Shown: positions 29,506-40,151 of the stretch, piece by piece | How the letters are laid out: every line of letters starts with the position of its first letter | How positions within the stretch are numbered: position 1 is the stretch's first letter | Assembly (NCBI GenBank): GCA_965217185.1 | Contig: OZ244252.1 | Location: forward strand, 1,696,001 to 1,760,000 | From: an uncultured Candidatus Entotheonella sp. | Lineage (GTDB): Bacteria > Tectomicrobia > Entotheonellia > Entotheonellales > Entotheonellaceae | Length of the DNA stretch: 64,000 nucleotides | Direction: 5' to 3' | Notes under the pieces: model-generated | Told to the model about the DNA's origin: nothing | What the model saw: only the letters and a program-made list of their open reading frames with translations | The model's database searches: none | Made by a program: the position numbers and the translations under genes

Positions 29506-29538
29506 CCGATGGCGACTTGACCTGAGAATGAGGATTCC

Positions 29539-31644
29539 ATGCGTTTATACAAGCTCTGCCTGCTTGGATTGTTGCTGACCGGGGTCGTGTTCCTGGCAGG
29601 ACTCCAAGCGGGCCACGCGGCGCGACTCGACGACGAGGAGGCCGCTGCTAAAACCGAGGCGCCAGACAGCGGCAACAAGATCCAGTTAAATTTCCGCGAT
29701 GTGGAAATTCTGAACGTCATCCGCTTGATGAGCGAGTTGACCGGCAAGAACTTTCTGGTGGACAGCAACGTGCGCGGAAAAGTGACGCTTATCGCCCCGG
29801 AGCCGGTGAGCATCGACGAGGCGTACGAGGTTTTTCTGTCAATCCTGGAGGTCCAGGGCTTCACCGTTGTGCCGCAGGGTCCGATCATCAAGGTCATTCC
29901 GTCCGCCGACATCAAGGACAGCCCGATTCCCACCGCTACAGACGAGGAGGGTGCCCTGTCGCCGACCAGTAGCGACGCCTTTGTGACGCAGCTCATCTCC
30001 CTGAAATTCGCAGACGTGAACCAGATTCGCGGGCTGCTGTCGCCGCTGGTGTCCAAGGAGAGCAGCTTGTTGTCGTACGTGCCGACAAACACGCTGATTC
30101 TCACCGAGACGACGTCGAACATTGCACGATTGAAAAAGATCATCGCCATCCTGGACGTGAAAGCGGCGACGAAAATTTTCCGCGTGGCCCCGCTGCAGCA
30201 TGCGGACGCGGGAGAGCTGGCCAGCTCGCTGCAGACGGCATTGCAAGGATTGGCGGAAGCGGATACCGCCGCGGCCGAAGCGCAGCAGCCCACCGACCAA
30301 GCAGAACGGCGGCGACGGCGACGGCAGCGGAGCGCTCAATCGCCGCAGAGCGACGACGACGGACCGACCATCATCGCTGACAGCCGGACGAACAGCCTAG
30401 TGCTGATTGCAACCCCTGCCGACATGGAGGTGGCCCAAGACATCATTGCCAAGCTGGATATCCCGACGCCCGCCGGACGGGGCAAGATTCATGTGTATTA
30501 CCTGTCCCACGCCAATGCCGAGGAACTGGCGCAGGTGCTGACGGCGCAGGCGCCGGAAATTGCCCAGATAGAGGAGGCGCAGGCGGAAGGACAGTCCCAG
30601 CGAACGCAGCGGCCCGGGCGGCCCACGACCGGCAGAACGCCGACGGACATCACGATTACCGCCGATAAGCCGACCAATTCTCTCGTCATTGCGGCTGATC
30701 CGGAGTCGTACGCGATCATCGAGGACATCATCAAGAAGCTGGATATCCGCCGCTCGCAGGTGCTGGTGGAGGGGTTGATTGCGGAGGTGACGCTGAACAC
30801 GGCCCGAGAATTGGGGGTGGAGTGGCGCGTCATCGATCAGCTGGACGGCACCCAGGTGTTTGCCAGCGCGGCGGGGACGGTAGGCGCAGACGGCACCGGG
30901 GTTCTTGCCAACCCGACGTCCTTGCTCAGTACGCCCGGCTTTATCGTAGGCGCCCTGCGCAACACGATCCGCCTCGATATCGGCGGCAGTGAACAGCAAT
31001 TGCTCAACATTCCGTTTCTGTTGCGGGCCTTCCAGGGCAATACCAACGTCGAGGTGCTGGCGACGCCGAACCTGTTGACGACGGACAACGAAGAAGCAGA
31101 GATCATCGTTGGCGAGCAACGTCCTTTTCTGACCTCGGTCAACCGAATCCCCGATGCCGGCATTATCAACGTCAGCAATACCTTTGACTTTCGCGACACC
31201 GGCATTACCCTGCGCATCACGCCACAGATCAGCAAGGGACACACGGTGCGCACCGAGCTGTTCCTGGAGATTACCCGCTTCGTGTCCGAGGCCGAGGTGG
31301 GCGCCGTGACGACGACGAAGCGTTCAACGAAAACCACGGTCATCGTGGATGACGGTCAGACGATCGTGCTCGGCGGGCTGATTCAGGACACGAGCAACGA
31401 CGCGGAAACCCGAGTGCCTTTTCTCAGCAATCTGCCGCTGCTCGGCGGGCTTTTCAAGCAGACCGGCGTGCGAAGCAACAAGACCAATCTGTTGATTTTC
31501 CTGACGCCGCACATCATCAGCACGCACGATGACGTTGACCGGGTGACGACGCACAAACAAAAGCAAGCCCATCGGCCCGAGGCCATCGAGCAGAAACTTC
31601 TTGAAGGGCAACCACAGGACAACCTCGAATGGCTGCTGGACTGA
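29539..31644 (+). CDS. gspD: T2SS secretin D
   Basis: LNFRDVEI, three N domains, QVLVEGLIAEV, C-terminal secretin domain, KTNLLIFLTP. Confidence 0.95.
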   Translation: MRLYKLCLLGLLLTGVVFLAGLQAGHAARLDDEEAAAKTEAPDSGNKIQLNFRDVEILNVIRLMSELTGKNFLVDSNVRGKVTLIAPEPVSIDEAYEVFLSILEVQGFTVVPQGPIIKVIPSADIKDSPIPTATDEEGALSPTSSDAFVTQLISLKFADVNQIRGLLSPLVSKESSLLSYVPTNTLILTETTSNIARLKKIIAILDVKAATKIFRVAPLQHADAGELASSLQTALQGLAEADTAAAEAQQPTDQAERRRRRRQRSAQSPQSDDDGPTIIADSRTNSLVLIATPADMEVAQDIIAKLDIPTPAGRGKIHVYYLSHANAEELAQVLTAQAPEIAQIEEAQAEGQSQRTQRPGRPTTGRTPTDITITADKPTNSLVIAADPESYAIIEDIIKKLDIRRSQVLVEGLIAEVTLNTARELGVEWRVIDQLDGTQVFASAAGTVGADGTGVLANPTSLLSTPGFIVGALRNTIRLDIGGSEQQLLNIPFLLRAFQGNTNVEVLATPNLLTTDNEEAEIIVGEQRPFLTSVNRIPDAGIINVSNTFDFRDTGITLRITPQISKGHTVRTELFLEITRFVSEAEVGAVTTTKRSTKTTVIVDDGQTIVLGGLIQDTSNDAETRVPFLSNLPLLGGLFKQTGVRSNKTNLLIFLTPHIISTHDDVDRVTTHKQKQAHRPEAIEQKLLEGQPQDNLEWLLD

Positions 31645-31669
31645 GCCAGCGCTGGAGGAGACGCCCGCC

Positions 31670-33376
31670 GTGACGAGAACGTCCCTGGCCGACATCCTGA
31701 TCGACACCGGCGATCTGACGCCCGAACAGTTGACGCGCGCCGAGGCGTTAAGCGCCGAGCGTCAATTGCCGTTGCCCGAGGTGCTGCTGCGGCAGCACAT
31801 GGTCAGCGACGACGCGCTGTTGCGGGCGCAGAGCCGGCAGCTCGGTCTGACGTACTGGAAGGAGTTGCCCGACAGCGAGTTCGACGTGCCGCTGATGCAA
31901 CGCGTGCCGCTGGGATTCGCGCGGCAGCACGGGCTGGTACCAATCCGCATGCAGGACGGCTCAGCGCTGGTGGCCATCAGCCGGGCGCTGGATTTGCAGC
32001 CGCTCGACGACGTCAGCCTGCTCCTCAAAGCACCGGTCGAGCCAATCCTCAGCAGCGAACGCGAGATTGTCGGCGCCCTGAACCGTTTCTACGACACCGG
32101 CTCACAGACTGCCGACAAGGTTATTCAGAACCTGGACGACGAGGCTCTGGGCCGTTTGGCGCACGACTTGGAAGGGCCGCAGGACATCCTCGATCACGAG
32201 GCCGAGGCGCCCATCATCCAGCTCGTCAACCTGATTTTGTCGAAGGCGGTGCGGGACCGTGCCAGTGACATCCATATCGAGCCGTTCGAGCGAACGCTCA
32301 AGGTCAGATACCGCATCGACGGCGTACTGCAGGAGGTGCTGTCGCCGCCCAAGGCGCTGCAGCCGCGCATCATCTCGCGTCTCAAGGTCATGGCCGACCT
32401 GAACATCGCCGAAACACGGCTGCCGCAGGACGGCAGGATCGCCATCCGGGTGCGCAACCGCGAGATCGACATTCGCGTCTCGGTGGTGCCGACGGCATTC
32501 GGCGAGCGTCTGGTGCTGCGCCTGCTGGACAAGTCGGGCGCCCTGTTCCAGCTTGAGGAGATCGGCTTGTCGCCGGAGTTGCTGCCGGCATACGGCCGCC
32601 TGATACACCGTTCACACGGCATCATTCTGGTCACCGGCCCCACCGGCAGCGGCAAGAGCACGACACTTTACGCCACCTTGCAGCGCATTAACTCGCCGCA
32701 GCTCAACATCATCACCGTCGAGGACCCGATCGAATACCAGATCAACGGCGTCGGGCAGATTCACGTCAATCCCAGGATCGACCTGACGTTCGCCAACGGC
32801 CTGCGCTCCATTCTGCGACAGGACCCGGACGTCATCATGGTGGGCGAAATCCGCGACCGCGAGACGGCGGAAATCGCCATCCAGGCGTCGCTCACCGGGC
32901 ATCTGGTGTTGAGCACGCTGCACACCAACGACGCCGCCAGCGCGGTGACACGGCTGCTGGACATGGGCATCGAGCCGTTTCTCATTTCCTCCTCGGTGCT
33001 GGCCATGATGGCGCAACGCCTGGTGCGCGTGCTGTGCCCCGAATGCCGCGAGCCGGGCAGGCCGGAACGCGAAACGCTGCGCGAGCTCGGCCTGGATCCC
33101 AACGACGCGGACTCTCCGCAAGGAGAATGGTTTCTCAGCCGCGGCTGCGACGGCTGCCGCGGCACCGGCTACCGCGGGCGCACCGGTATTTACGAGTTGA
33201 TGCCGGTCGATGACCCTATCCGCCGCATGATCATGCAGCAGGCCAACGCCAGCATGCTGCGCAGCGCCGCCATCGAGCGTGGCATGCGTCCACTGCTGCA
33301 CGACGGCGCACACAAGGTGCTGGCAGGCAGAACGACGGCGGAGGAAGTTTTGCGGGTGACGCAAGATAACGATTGA
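31670..33376 (+). CDS. gspE: T2SS ATPase E
   Basis: ASDIHIEP, GPTGSGKS, LRQDPD, TGHLVLSTLHTN, CPEC/CDGC; GTG start with SD GGAGGAG. Confidence 0.95.
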   Translation: MTRTSLADILIDTGDLTPEQLTRAEALSAERQLPLPEVLLRQHMVSDDALLRAQSRQLGLTYWKELPDSEFDVPLMQRVPLGFARQHGLVPIRMQDGSALVAISRALDLQPLDDVSLLLKAPVEPILSSEREIVGALNRFYDTGSQTADKVIQNLDDEALGRLAHDLEGPQDILDHEAEAPIIQLVNLILSKAVRDRASDIHIEPFERTLKVRYRIDGVLQEVLSPPKALQPRIISRLKVMADLNIAETRLPQDGRIAIRVRNREIDIRVSVVPTAFGERLVLRLLDKSGALFQLEEIGLSPELLPAYGRLIHRSHGIILVTGPTGSGKSTTLYATLQRINSPQLNIITVEDPIEYQINGVGQIHVNPRIDLTFANGLRSILRQDPDVIMVGEIRDRETAEIAIQASLTGHLVLSTLHTNDAASAVTRLLDMGIEPFLISSSVLAMMAQRLVRVLCPECREPGRPERETLRELGLDPNDADSPQGEWFLSRGCDGCRGTGYRGRTGIYELMPVDDPIRRMIMQQANASMLRSAAIERGMRPLLHDGAHKVLAGRTTAEEVLRVTQDND

Positions 33377-33384
33377 TCTCTTTA

Positions 33385-34674
33385 GGGCATCTCTAATAAT
33401 ACCCATCTCCCACGTGGTTTAGAATCACTGAAACACGTCAACCAACAAGGCCGGAGGAGTGCAACATGGCTCAGATGGGCTTTTTCGATATCGAGAATCG
33501 CTACGCCGCTCTGGACGCCAAAAACGATCCCCTGGTGAAGGTCAACGCTGCCGTTCCGTGGGAAGCGTTCCGCAGCCGCCTGGAGAGAGTCTGGCGCAAG
33601 CCAGCCGACAAGCGCAAGTCCAATGCGGGGTGCAAGCCGTGGGATGCCATCGTCATGTTCAAGGCCATCATTTTGTGCGCCCTCTACAATCTGTCGGACG
33701 ACCAGGTCGAGTATCAGATGCGTGACCGCCTGTCCTTCGTGCGCTTTCTGGGGCTGGCGCTTGAAGACAAGGTGCCCGACGCCAAGACGGTGTGGCTCTA
33801 CCGCGAACAGTTGTCACAGGCTGGCCTCATGGAGGCCTTGTTTGAGGATTTCGACGGCTATCTGGAAAGCCAGGGCTACCGGGCCATGGGCGGCCAGATC
33901 ATCGATGCTTCGATTGTCGCGGTTCCCATGCAACGCAATCGTCGTGACGACAATGAGCAGATCAAACGGGGTGAGACACCTGAGGCCTGGGCTGACAAGC
34001 CAGCCAAGCGTCGACAAAAGGACAGGGATGCGCGCTGGACGAAGAAGCACGGCAAGAGCCACTATGGCTACAAGAATCACGTCACCATCGACCGTCGGCA
34101 CAAGCTGATACGGCGTTACCGGGTGACGGATGCGGCGGTGCACGACAGCCAAGTGATTGAGGAGTTGCTTACGTCGGACAACACGGCAAGCGGTGTCTGG
34201 GCGGACAGCGCCTAGCGGTCGAAAGCCATTGAAGCGACGCTGAAGGCCAGGGGTTTGAGGAGTCGGATTCATCGCAAGGGCTATCGCAACCGTCCGTTGC
34301 GTGATTGGGAGAAAGCAGGCAACCAGAGCCGTTCACGGTTTCGGGTACGGGTAGAGCATGTCTTCGGGGCGCAGCAAAACGACATGGGCGGGACGTTGGT
34401 TCGCAGCATCGGGCTTGTACGGGCGCGAGGGCGCGGATAGGTCTTAAGAACCTTGCCTACAACATGCGTCGCCTGATTCAATTACAACGCCTTGCGAGCG
34501 CCAGTTGAGCGCCAACGGTGCGGAAGGGTGCACCGGAGGCCCTCATTGGAAGGCGAATCCTCCTTGCTGGGAGGCAGTCCCCCTGGACAGCCGAGTTCAT
34601 TTTCTCACCGACATGCCAGCGAATTGCCACTCTCGCCATCTATGACTATCCACGAGGCATTTTTCGAGATGCCC
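33385..34674 (+). mobile_element. IS5-family insertion sequence, copy 1
   Basis: Imperfect terminal IRs GGGCATCTCTAATAAT / ATTTTTCGAGATGCCC, flanked by a TTTA duplication (33381-84, 34675-78). Confidence 0.9.
33466..34508 (+). pseudogene. IS5 transposase, inactivated
   Basis: In-frame TAG at 34213-15 where copy 2 has TAC (Tyr); second frameshift near 34425. Confidence 0.85.
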
Positions 34675-34694
34675 TTTAGACTGGAGAATTTTCG

Positions 34695-34895
34695 ATGATT
34701 CGTGCCATTGAAGCCGTTGTCGACGAGGATGGACGTGTGCAGTTGGCGGAACCCGTCGAAATAAAAGGATTGCATCGCGCGCTCGTCATTATTCTGGAAG
34801 AACGACCCATGGAAACAGCGATGCTTTCTGAACAGAGTCTGGCCGTCGATTGGTTGCGCTCAGAGGAAGATGAGGCATGGTCGCACCTGCAGTAG
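34695..34895 (+). CDS. Putative antitoxin
   Basis: 66 aa, acidic; C-terminal SEQSLAVDWLRSEEDEAWSHL; overlaps the downstream toxin gene. Confidence 0.7.
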   Translation: MIRAIEAVVDEDGRVQLAEPVEIKGLHRALVIILEERPMETAMLSEQSLAVDWLRSEEDEAWSHLQ

Positions 34896-35212
34896 GCGGT
34901 GTTGTTTTGATTCCCTTTCCCTTCTCGGACCTTTCAGCCTCAAAACTTCGCCCTGCGTTAGTCGTGGCCGCATCCGGAAGCGGCGATTGGATTTGCGCCC
35001 AGGTCACAAGCAATCCGTACTCAGACGGCAAAGCGATTGAAATTAACGATACCAATTTCCGAACTGGGTCCCTACATCGGGTCAGCTATATCCGTCCCGG
35101 CAAATTGTTTACCGCGAACGAGGTGATTTTTCGCAGACTTGTCGGAATTTTGCACGACCGCAAGCTGAACAAAGTCCGCTCCGAAATTGTTCGCCTCATT
35201 CAAGGGGATTGA
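34877..35212 (+). CDS. PemK/MazF-family toxin
   Basis: G.VVLIPFPFSDLS.SKLRPALV, ICAQVTS, SYIRPGKLFT. Confidence 0.85.
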   Translation: MVAPAVGGVVLIPFPFSDLSASKLRPALVVAASGSGDWICAQVTSNPYSDGKAIEINDTNFRTGSLHRVSYIRPGKLFTANEVIFRRLVGILHDRKLNKVRSEIVRLIQGD

Positions 35213-35277
35213 CGGTCCTTTTGAGCTTTCAACTGCTGATCGGACGACTAAAGGCAACTTCCACGGGGTAATCGGTC

Positions 35278-36504
35278 ATGCCGGTTTACACATACAGCGC
35301 GCTGAACGAACGCGGCAAGGTGACTAAGGGGGTCATCAATGCCGACAGCCCCCGAGCGGCGCGCGGCAAGCTGCGGCAGGCGGGGCTGTTCGCCACCGAT
35401 ATTCTGGAGACGGTTGAGGCCGAGGCTCACGGCGGCGGGCGCAACCTGTCGGGCTTCCCGCTGCTGCAACGGGTGCGGCCGCAGGACCTGACGGTGATGA
35501 CGCGCCAGTTCGCCACCCTGATGGCGGCCAACCTGACCGTGGTCGATGCTCTGACGGCGTTGATCGAGCAAACGGAAAGCCGGCAGTTGCAGAAGACGCT
35601 CATTCAAGTGCGTGAAAGCGTCAACGAGGGCAGTGGCTTGGCGGCAGCGCTGCAGCAGCACCCGAGAGTTTTTTCGAGTCTGTTTGTCAACATGGCGCGC
35701 GCCGGCGAAACCAGCGGTACCCTGTCGGTGGTTATGCTGTGGCTGGCGGATTTGACCGAGCGGCAACTCGACACCCGCAACCAAGTCACCGCCAAGATGT
35801 ACTATCCCCTCTTCATGCTGGTCATCGCCGGCTTGGTTCTGCTGGCACTGCTTACCTACGTCGTGCCCACCGTGACCACGATTTTCAGCCACATGAGCGC
35901 CACCCTGCCGCTGCCGACGCGTATCCTCATCGCGGTCAGCGACTTCCTGAAGGCGTATTGGTGGATCATGGGCTTGGCCGCTTTCGGCGTCTTCCTGGGC
36001 GTGGAACGGTACCGCCGCACCGCGCGCGGCGCACGGCGATTTGACCTCTGGAAGATACGGGCGCCGCTCGTCGGCAAGCTGGCCCTGCGCATGGCCATGT
36101 CACGCTTCACGCGCACCCTGGGCATGCTGCTGCACAGCGACATCCCGCTACTGGATTCCTTGGAGATCGCCCGTGCCGTGGTCAACAACACGGTGCTGTC
36201 CGACGCCATCCGGCATGCCCAGGAGGAAATCCGCGAGGGCGCCACGATCGCCGCCCCGTTGCAAGCCAGTGGTTATTTCCCGCCGTTGGTGTCGCACATG
36301 ATATCGGTCGGCGAGAAGACCGGGCGACTCGAGGAGATGCTGATGCGGGTCGCCGACAATTACGACAACGAGGTGCGTTCGAGCGTCGAAGGGCTGACCT
36401 CGCTAGTGGAACCGGTCATCATCGTACTCATGGCGGTTGTGGTGTTCGGCATCATGCTGGCGGTGTTGCTTCCTATTTTCGAACTCAATACGACGATCCG
36501 CTGA
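35278..36504 (+). CDS. gspF: T2SS inner-membrane platform protein F
   Basis: MPVYTY.A..G, TRQFATL, AGETSG, VGEKTG.LEEML, EP..I. Confidence 0.95.
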   Translation: MPVYTYSALNERGKVTKGVINADSPRAARGKLRQAGLFATDILETVEAEAHGGGRNLSGFPLLQRVRPQDLTVMTRQFATLMAANLTVVDALTALIEQTESRQLQKTLIQVRESVNEGSGLAAALQQHPRVFSSLFVNMARAGETSGTLSVVMLWLADLTERQLDTRNQVTAKMYYPLFMLVIAGLVLLALLTYVVPTVTTIFSHMSATLPLPTRILIAVSDFLKAYWWIMGLAAFGVFLGVERYRRTARGARRFDLWKIRAPLVGKLALRMAMSRFTRTLGMLLHSDIPLLDSLEIARAVVNNTVLSDAIRHAQEEIREGATIAAPLQASGYFPPLVSHMISVGEKTGRLEEMLMRVADNYDNEVRSSVEGLTSLVEPVIIVLMAVVVFGIMLAVLLPIFELNTTIR

Positions 36505-36536
36505 TCTGCGCGGCAACTTGGCGAAGGCAAACGCTC

Positions 36537-38033
36537 ATGCCACAACAGGTGCTCGGCATTGCGCTTGAGGACAACCACATTACGGCGGTACGGCTGACGG
36601 GACACAGCAGGGCGTACGAAGTCACGCTGGCGTTGCGCCAGCCCTTGCCGGTGCACGACGACCCGGAGGAGCAGGCCAGGCTGCAGCGCGAGACGATGCG
36701 ACAAGTGGTGGAGGCCCACGGCCTGCGAGGCAACACGGTGTTGGCGTCACTGCCGGCGCACCACGCCATTCTGCGCAACCTGACGCTGCCGTTCCGCGAC
36801 CTGCGCCGCATTCGGCAGATGATTACCTTCGCGCTGGACGAACACATGCCCTTCGAGCCAGAGGACGTGGTGGTGGATTTTCGCCCACTGCCCATACAGC
36901 AAGTTCCGCAGCAGACGCAGGTGCTGGTCGCCGGGATGCCCAAGCGGGAAATCGTTGGCGATCTGGCGCTATTCAGGAGCGCCGGTCTGGAGCCCAGCGT
37001 GCTCGACCTCGATGTGTTCAGTCTGGCCAGCGCCGCCGTGCTGGGCAGCAACGGCGTGCCGGGCAAGACCGCCCTCCTTTACATACATCCGGAGCGAACG
37101 CTGCTGACCCTGCTGCACGACGGCGCCCCGCTGTTTGCGCGCAGCTTGGCTCAGGGCATGCCGACGGACAGCGGTGATTTACCGGACGCGCAGAAGCTGG
37201 GCAAGCAATTGCAGCATACGCTGTACGCCTGCGAACATGCGGTGCAAGTGGCCTATGAGCCGGACCTGTTGCTGCTGTTCGGCGCCGACCGTGATCAATT
37301 GGCACACCTGGCTGTGGGGCTAAGCGAAGCGACCGGCCTGCAGACGCACGTGTGGCGGCTTGAGGCACCGGGCTACAAACCGGCCAACGGCGGTAGCGCG
37401 TCACCTGATCCGGGGCTGGCGGGGCATGCCATTGCGCTTGGCGCGGCGTTGCGCGGCCTGCACCGCCAAGTTGGGGGGCTGAATTTGCGCCGCGGGGAGT
37501 TCGCGCCGCACAGCAACCTGCGCGAACTGCGCGGTAAGCTCATTGCCTTGGGTGTTCTGGCGGTCGCCGTTGGCGGTCTGGGATTGGGCAACCTGTACTT
37601 GCAGAATCATTACAAGGCCCGGCGTCTGGCGCAGTTGCAAGACAGTATCGCCAAGGGTTTCAGCGACGCGCTGCCGAACACACGTATGGTGCAACCGGTG
37701 GCGCAGATGCGTGAGAAAACGCGCGACCTCGACAAGCGCCTGCGAGCCTTCGGCGGCTTGACGGGGGCGCAGCTTTCCGGGCTTCAGACCTTGCGTGAGC
37801 TAAGCGCCCGAGTGCCGGCGTCGCTGGGGGTCGAGGTCGACAACCTGAACATCAGCGGCGACGTGATCGAGTTGAGTGCCAGCACGGCGTCCTACGACAA
37901 TGTGGTCAAGCTGCAGAGCGCCTTTGCCGCCTCGCCCCTCCTGAGTGACGTCACGATCAACAACACCCGGCAAGGGGTAAACAATACGGTGCAATTCAAG
38001 CTCAGCCTGCGCGCGTCGAGTGGCCTGGAATGA
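36537..38033 (+). CDS. gspL: T2SS protein L (PilM/PilN-like)
   Basis: Actin-like cytoplasmic part (LTLPF..EHMPF), NLRRGEF, TM, periplasmic domain. Confidence 0.8.
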   Translation: MPQQVLGIALEDNHITAVRLTGHSRAYEVTLALRQPLPVHDDPEEQARLQRETMRQVVEAHGLRGNTVLASLPAHHAILRNLTLPFRDLRRIRQMITFALDEHMPFEPEDVVVDFRPLPIQQVPQQTQVLVAGMPKREIVGDLALFRSAGLEPSVLDLDVFSLASAAVLGSNGVPGKTALLYIHPERTLLTLLHDGAPLFARSLAQGMPTDSGDLPDAQKLGKQLQHTLYACEHAVQVAYEPDLLLLFGADRDQLAHLAVGLSEATGLQTHVWRLEAPGYKPANGGSASPDPGLAGHAIALGAALRGLHRQVGGLNLRRGEFAPHSNLRELRGKLIALGVLAVAVGGLGLGNLYLQNHYKARRLAQLQDSIAKGFSDALPNTRMVQPVAQMREKTRDLDKRLRAFGGLTGAQLSGLQTLRELSARVPASLGVEVDNLNISGDVIELSASTASYDNVVKLQSAFAASPLLSDVTINNTRQGVNNTVQFKLSLRASSGLE

Positions 38034-38584
38034 ACCTCATGAGCTACTTTCACATGCTGCAGCGGCGCGAACAGATTTTCGTGGTCGGCGCGGGTATTCT
38101 GGTGCTGGTGGTAGTGCTGTTCGCCTTCGTCATTGATCCCATCCTGGCGCGCGCCGCCAACTTGGACCGCCGGCTCGCTGCCGCCAGCCGCCAACTCGCA
38201 GAGTTGCAGACTCTACGCGGCGATTACCGGCGCCAGAAACGGATTATTGACCGCATCGACGCGCAGTTGGGGCGGCAGAGGAAGAATTTCGCCATTTTTT
38301 CGCATCTGGAGCAGGTGGCCGGGCAAACCGGCATCCAGGACAAAATTCAATCCATGAACACGGTTGCGAGCCCACCCAACACCGTCTACCAGGAAGACTC
38401 GGTAGAGGTCAGAATGGAGGGTGTCACCCTCACGCAGCTCACCCAGTACCTCCACCAAGTGGCAAGGTCGCCGCAGGTGCTGAAGATCAAACGCCTGCAG
38501 GTCAAACCAACACGCGACAACCGGCAACTGCTTTCGGTGCGGTTCCGCGTCTCGGTGTTCAGTCTCGTGGAGTCCACCGGGTAG
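38030..38584 (+). CDS. gspM: T2SS protein M
   Basis: ATGA-coupled to gspL; LQRREQ-TM-coiled coil-ferredoxin-like domain. Confidence 0.8.
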   Translation: MNLMSYFHMLQRREQIFVVGAGILVLVVVLFAFVIDPILARAANLDRRLAAASRQLAELQTLRGDYRRQKRIIDRIDAQLGRQRKNFAIFSHLEQVAGQTGIQDKIQSMNTVASPPNTVYQEDSVEVRMEGVTLTQLTQYLHQVARSPQVLKIKRLQVKPTRDNRQLLSVRFRVSVFSLVESTG

Positions 38585-38599
38585 GGCCGCCTGGCGGCG

Positions 38600-38629
38600 T
38601 TGAATTTGGCGGATTACTACCGGTATAAT
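38600..38629 (+). promoter_or_regulatory. Putative sigma70 promoter for the DUF1800 operon
   Basis: TTGAAT-18 bp-TATAAT. Confidence 0.5.
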
Positions 38630-38730
38630 GCCCGCCACTGTCTAACCGGCTTCAGTTGACGGGTTTCACCCCCTCTCAATCATCCAAGCTCCGAGCCATC
38701 GTCGGACCCTGAACGGAGGTAGGTCGCAAG

Positions 38731-40134
38731 ATGAAATCTGTTCGTACATTGGTAGCCCATCTGATGCGGCGCGCCGGATTCGGCGCCACGCCGGCCGAAA
38801 TCGATGTCCTAACCCGAGACAAGACTTACGAAGAAATCGTTGACGATCTCATCCATCCCGAGCGTTTTCCCACCATCGACATGTCATTCGTGGATCGCTA
38901 CTACGGCGGCGAGTTGGTTGCCATCCACGTTGGCAAGTGGCTGTACCGCATGGTCAACACGCAGCGGCCTTTGGAAGAAAAGATGGCGCTGTTCCTGCAC
39001 CACATCTTTCCCGTTGCCTGGGGCAAGAGCGAGCACGGGCCCTCCATCTACCGGCAGATCGGCATGTTCCGCAGCGTCGCCATGACGGACATGCGGACCA
39101 TTCTGCTGGAGCTTTCGCGCGACCCCGCCATGATCTTCTGGCTCGACAACAACGAAAACCACAAGAACGAAATCAACGAGAACTACGGCAGGGAACTGCT
39201 GGAACTGTTCTCCATGGGCGTTGGCAATTACACCGAGGACGACATCAAGAACGCCTCGCGCGCCTTCACCGGCTGGACCTTCCGGCAGCCACTGTCGCTG
39301 TACCCGGTTGGCCACTACCCCGCCGAGTTCGAATTCGTCCCAGAAGACCACGACGACGGCCCGAAAACGTTCCTTGGCGAGACCGGGAACTTCAACGGCA
39401 ACGACATCATCGACATCATCGTCAGGCAGCCTGCCGCGGCACGATTCATTTGCCGACACCTCTACAACTTCTTCGTCGAAGACGAGGTGCAGGTACCGTC
39501 TTGGGCGACGGTGCCGGCCAAGAACGAGGCGGCCATCGAGCACCTGACGGGCATTTTCATGGATACCCATGGCGACATGCGCGCCATCCTCGGAGCGCTG
39601 TTCAACGCCGACTATTTCAAGCAGGCCATCGACTTGAGGAAGGTGAAAAGCCCGACCGAGCTGGTGGCGGGTGTGCTGAAACAGACGGGCGAATTTCAAT
39701 CGCCGATACCCGGCTTGCACGAATTCGCGGTCACGACGCTGAACGGCTCGCTTTACGAGGGCACCATGGCGATCATGGGTCAGCGGCTGCTCAATCCGCC
39801 GACCGTGGAGGGCTGGCATACGGGGCACGAGTGGATCGACTCCGGCACCCTGAGCGAGAGAATCGGGTTCGTTGAACGGCAGTTCGCCGACCGCTCCAAG
39901 CCGGGCGTCCAGGAAATCGTCGCGCGCGCCGGCAGCCTGGACGGCGAACCCGCTCAGGTGGTCGACCGCTGCCTCGATCTGCTAGGCGGAGTCAAGGTCA
40001 GCGATAAGACCTACGAGGCCCTGACGACCTACACAAGGGAGCTCAAGAGCTTGGAAGACAGCGGCCAGGACAATGCCGGCGTCCACAATCTGCTGCAGAT
40101 GGCGGCATCCACCGTTGACTATCAGTTCGCCTGA
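38731..40134 (+). CDS. DUF1800 family protein
   Basis: AHLMRRAGFG, LEEKMALF.H, DPAM..WLDN, NENYGRELLELF.MG, YTEDDI..RAFTGW, PPTVEGW. Confidence 0.9.
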   Translation: MKSVRTLVAHLMRRAGFGATPAEIDVLTRDKTYEEIVDDLIHPERFPTIDMSFVDRYYGGELVAIHVGKWLYRMVNTQRPLEEKMALFLHHIFPVAWGKSEHGPSIYRQIGMFRSVAMTDMRTILLELSRDPAMIFWLDNNENHKNEINENYGRELLELFSMGVGNYTEDDIKNASRAFTGWTFRQPLSLYPVGHYPAEFEFVPEDHDDGPKTFLGETGNFNGNDIIDIIVRQPAAARFICRHLYNFFVEDEVQVPSWATVPAKNEAAIEHLTGIFMDTHGDMRAILGALFNADYFKQAIDLRKVKSPTELVAGVLKQTGEFQSPIPGLHEFAVTTLNGSLYEGTMAIMGQRLLNPPTVEGWHTGHEWIDSGTLSERIGFVERQFADRSKPGVQEIVARAGSLDGEPAQVVDRCLDLLGGVKVSDKTYEALTTYTRELKSLEDSGQDNAGVHNLLQMAASTVDYQFA

Positions 40135-40151
40135 TGAGGAAAGGGAGAGAC

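Noticed and set aside
34213..34215. Programmed stop-codon readthrough in the IS5 transposase
   Set aside because: The second copy has TAC at this position and copy 1 carries a further frameshift, so it is a simple nonsense mutation.
34680..35277. Integron cassette carrying the TA pair
   Set aside because: No RYYYAAC...GTTRRRY attC structure seen after the toxin, and no integron integrase.
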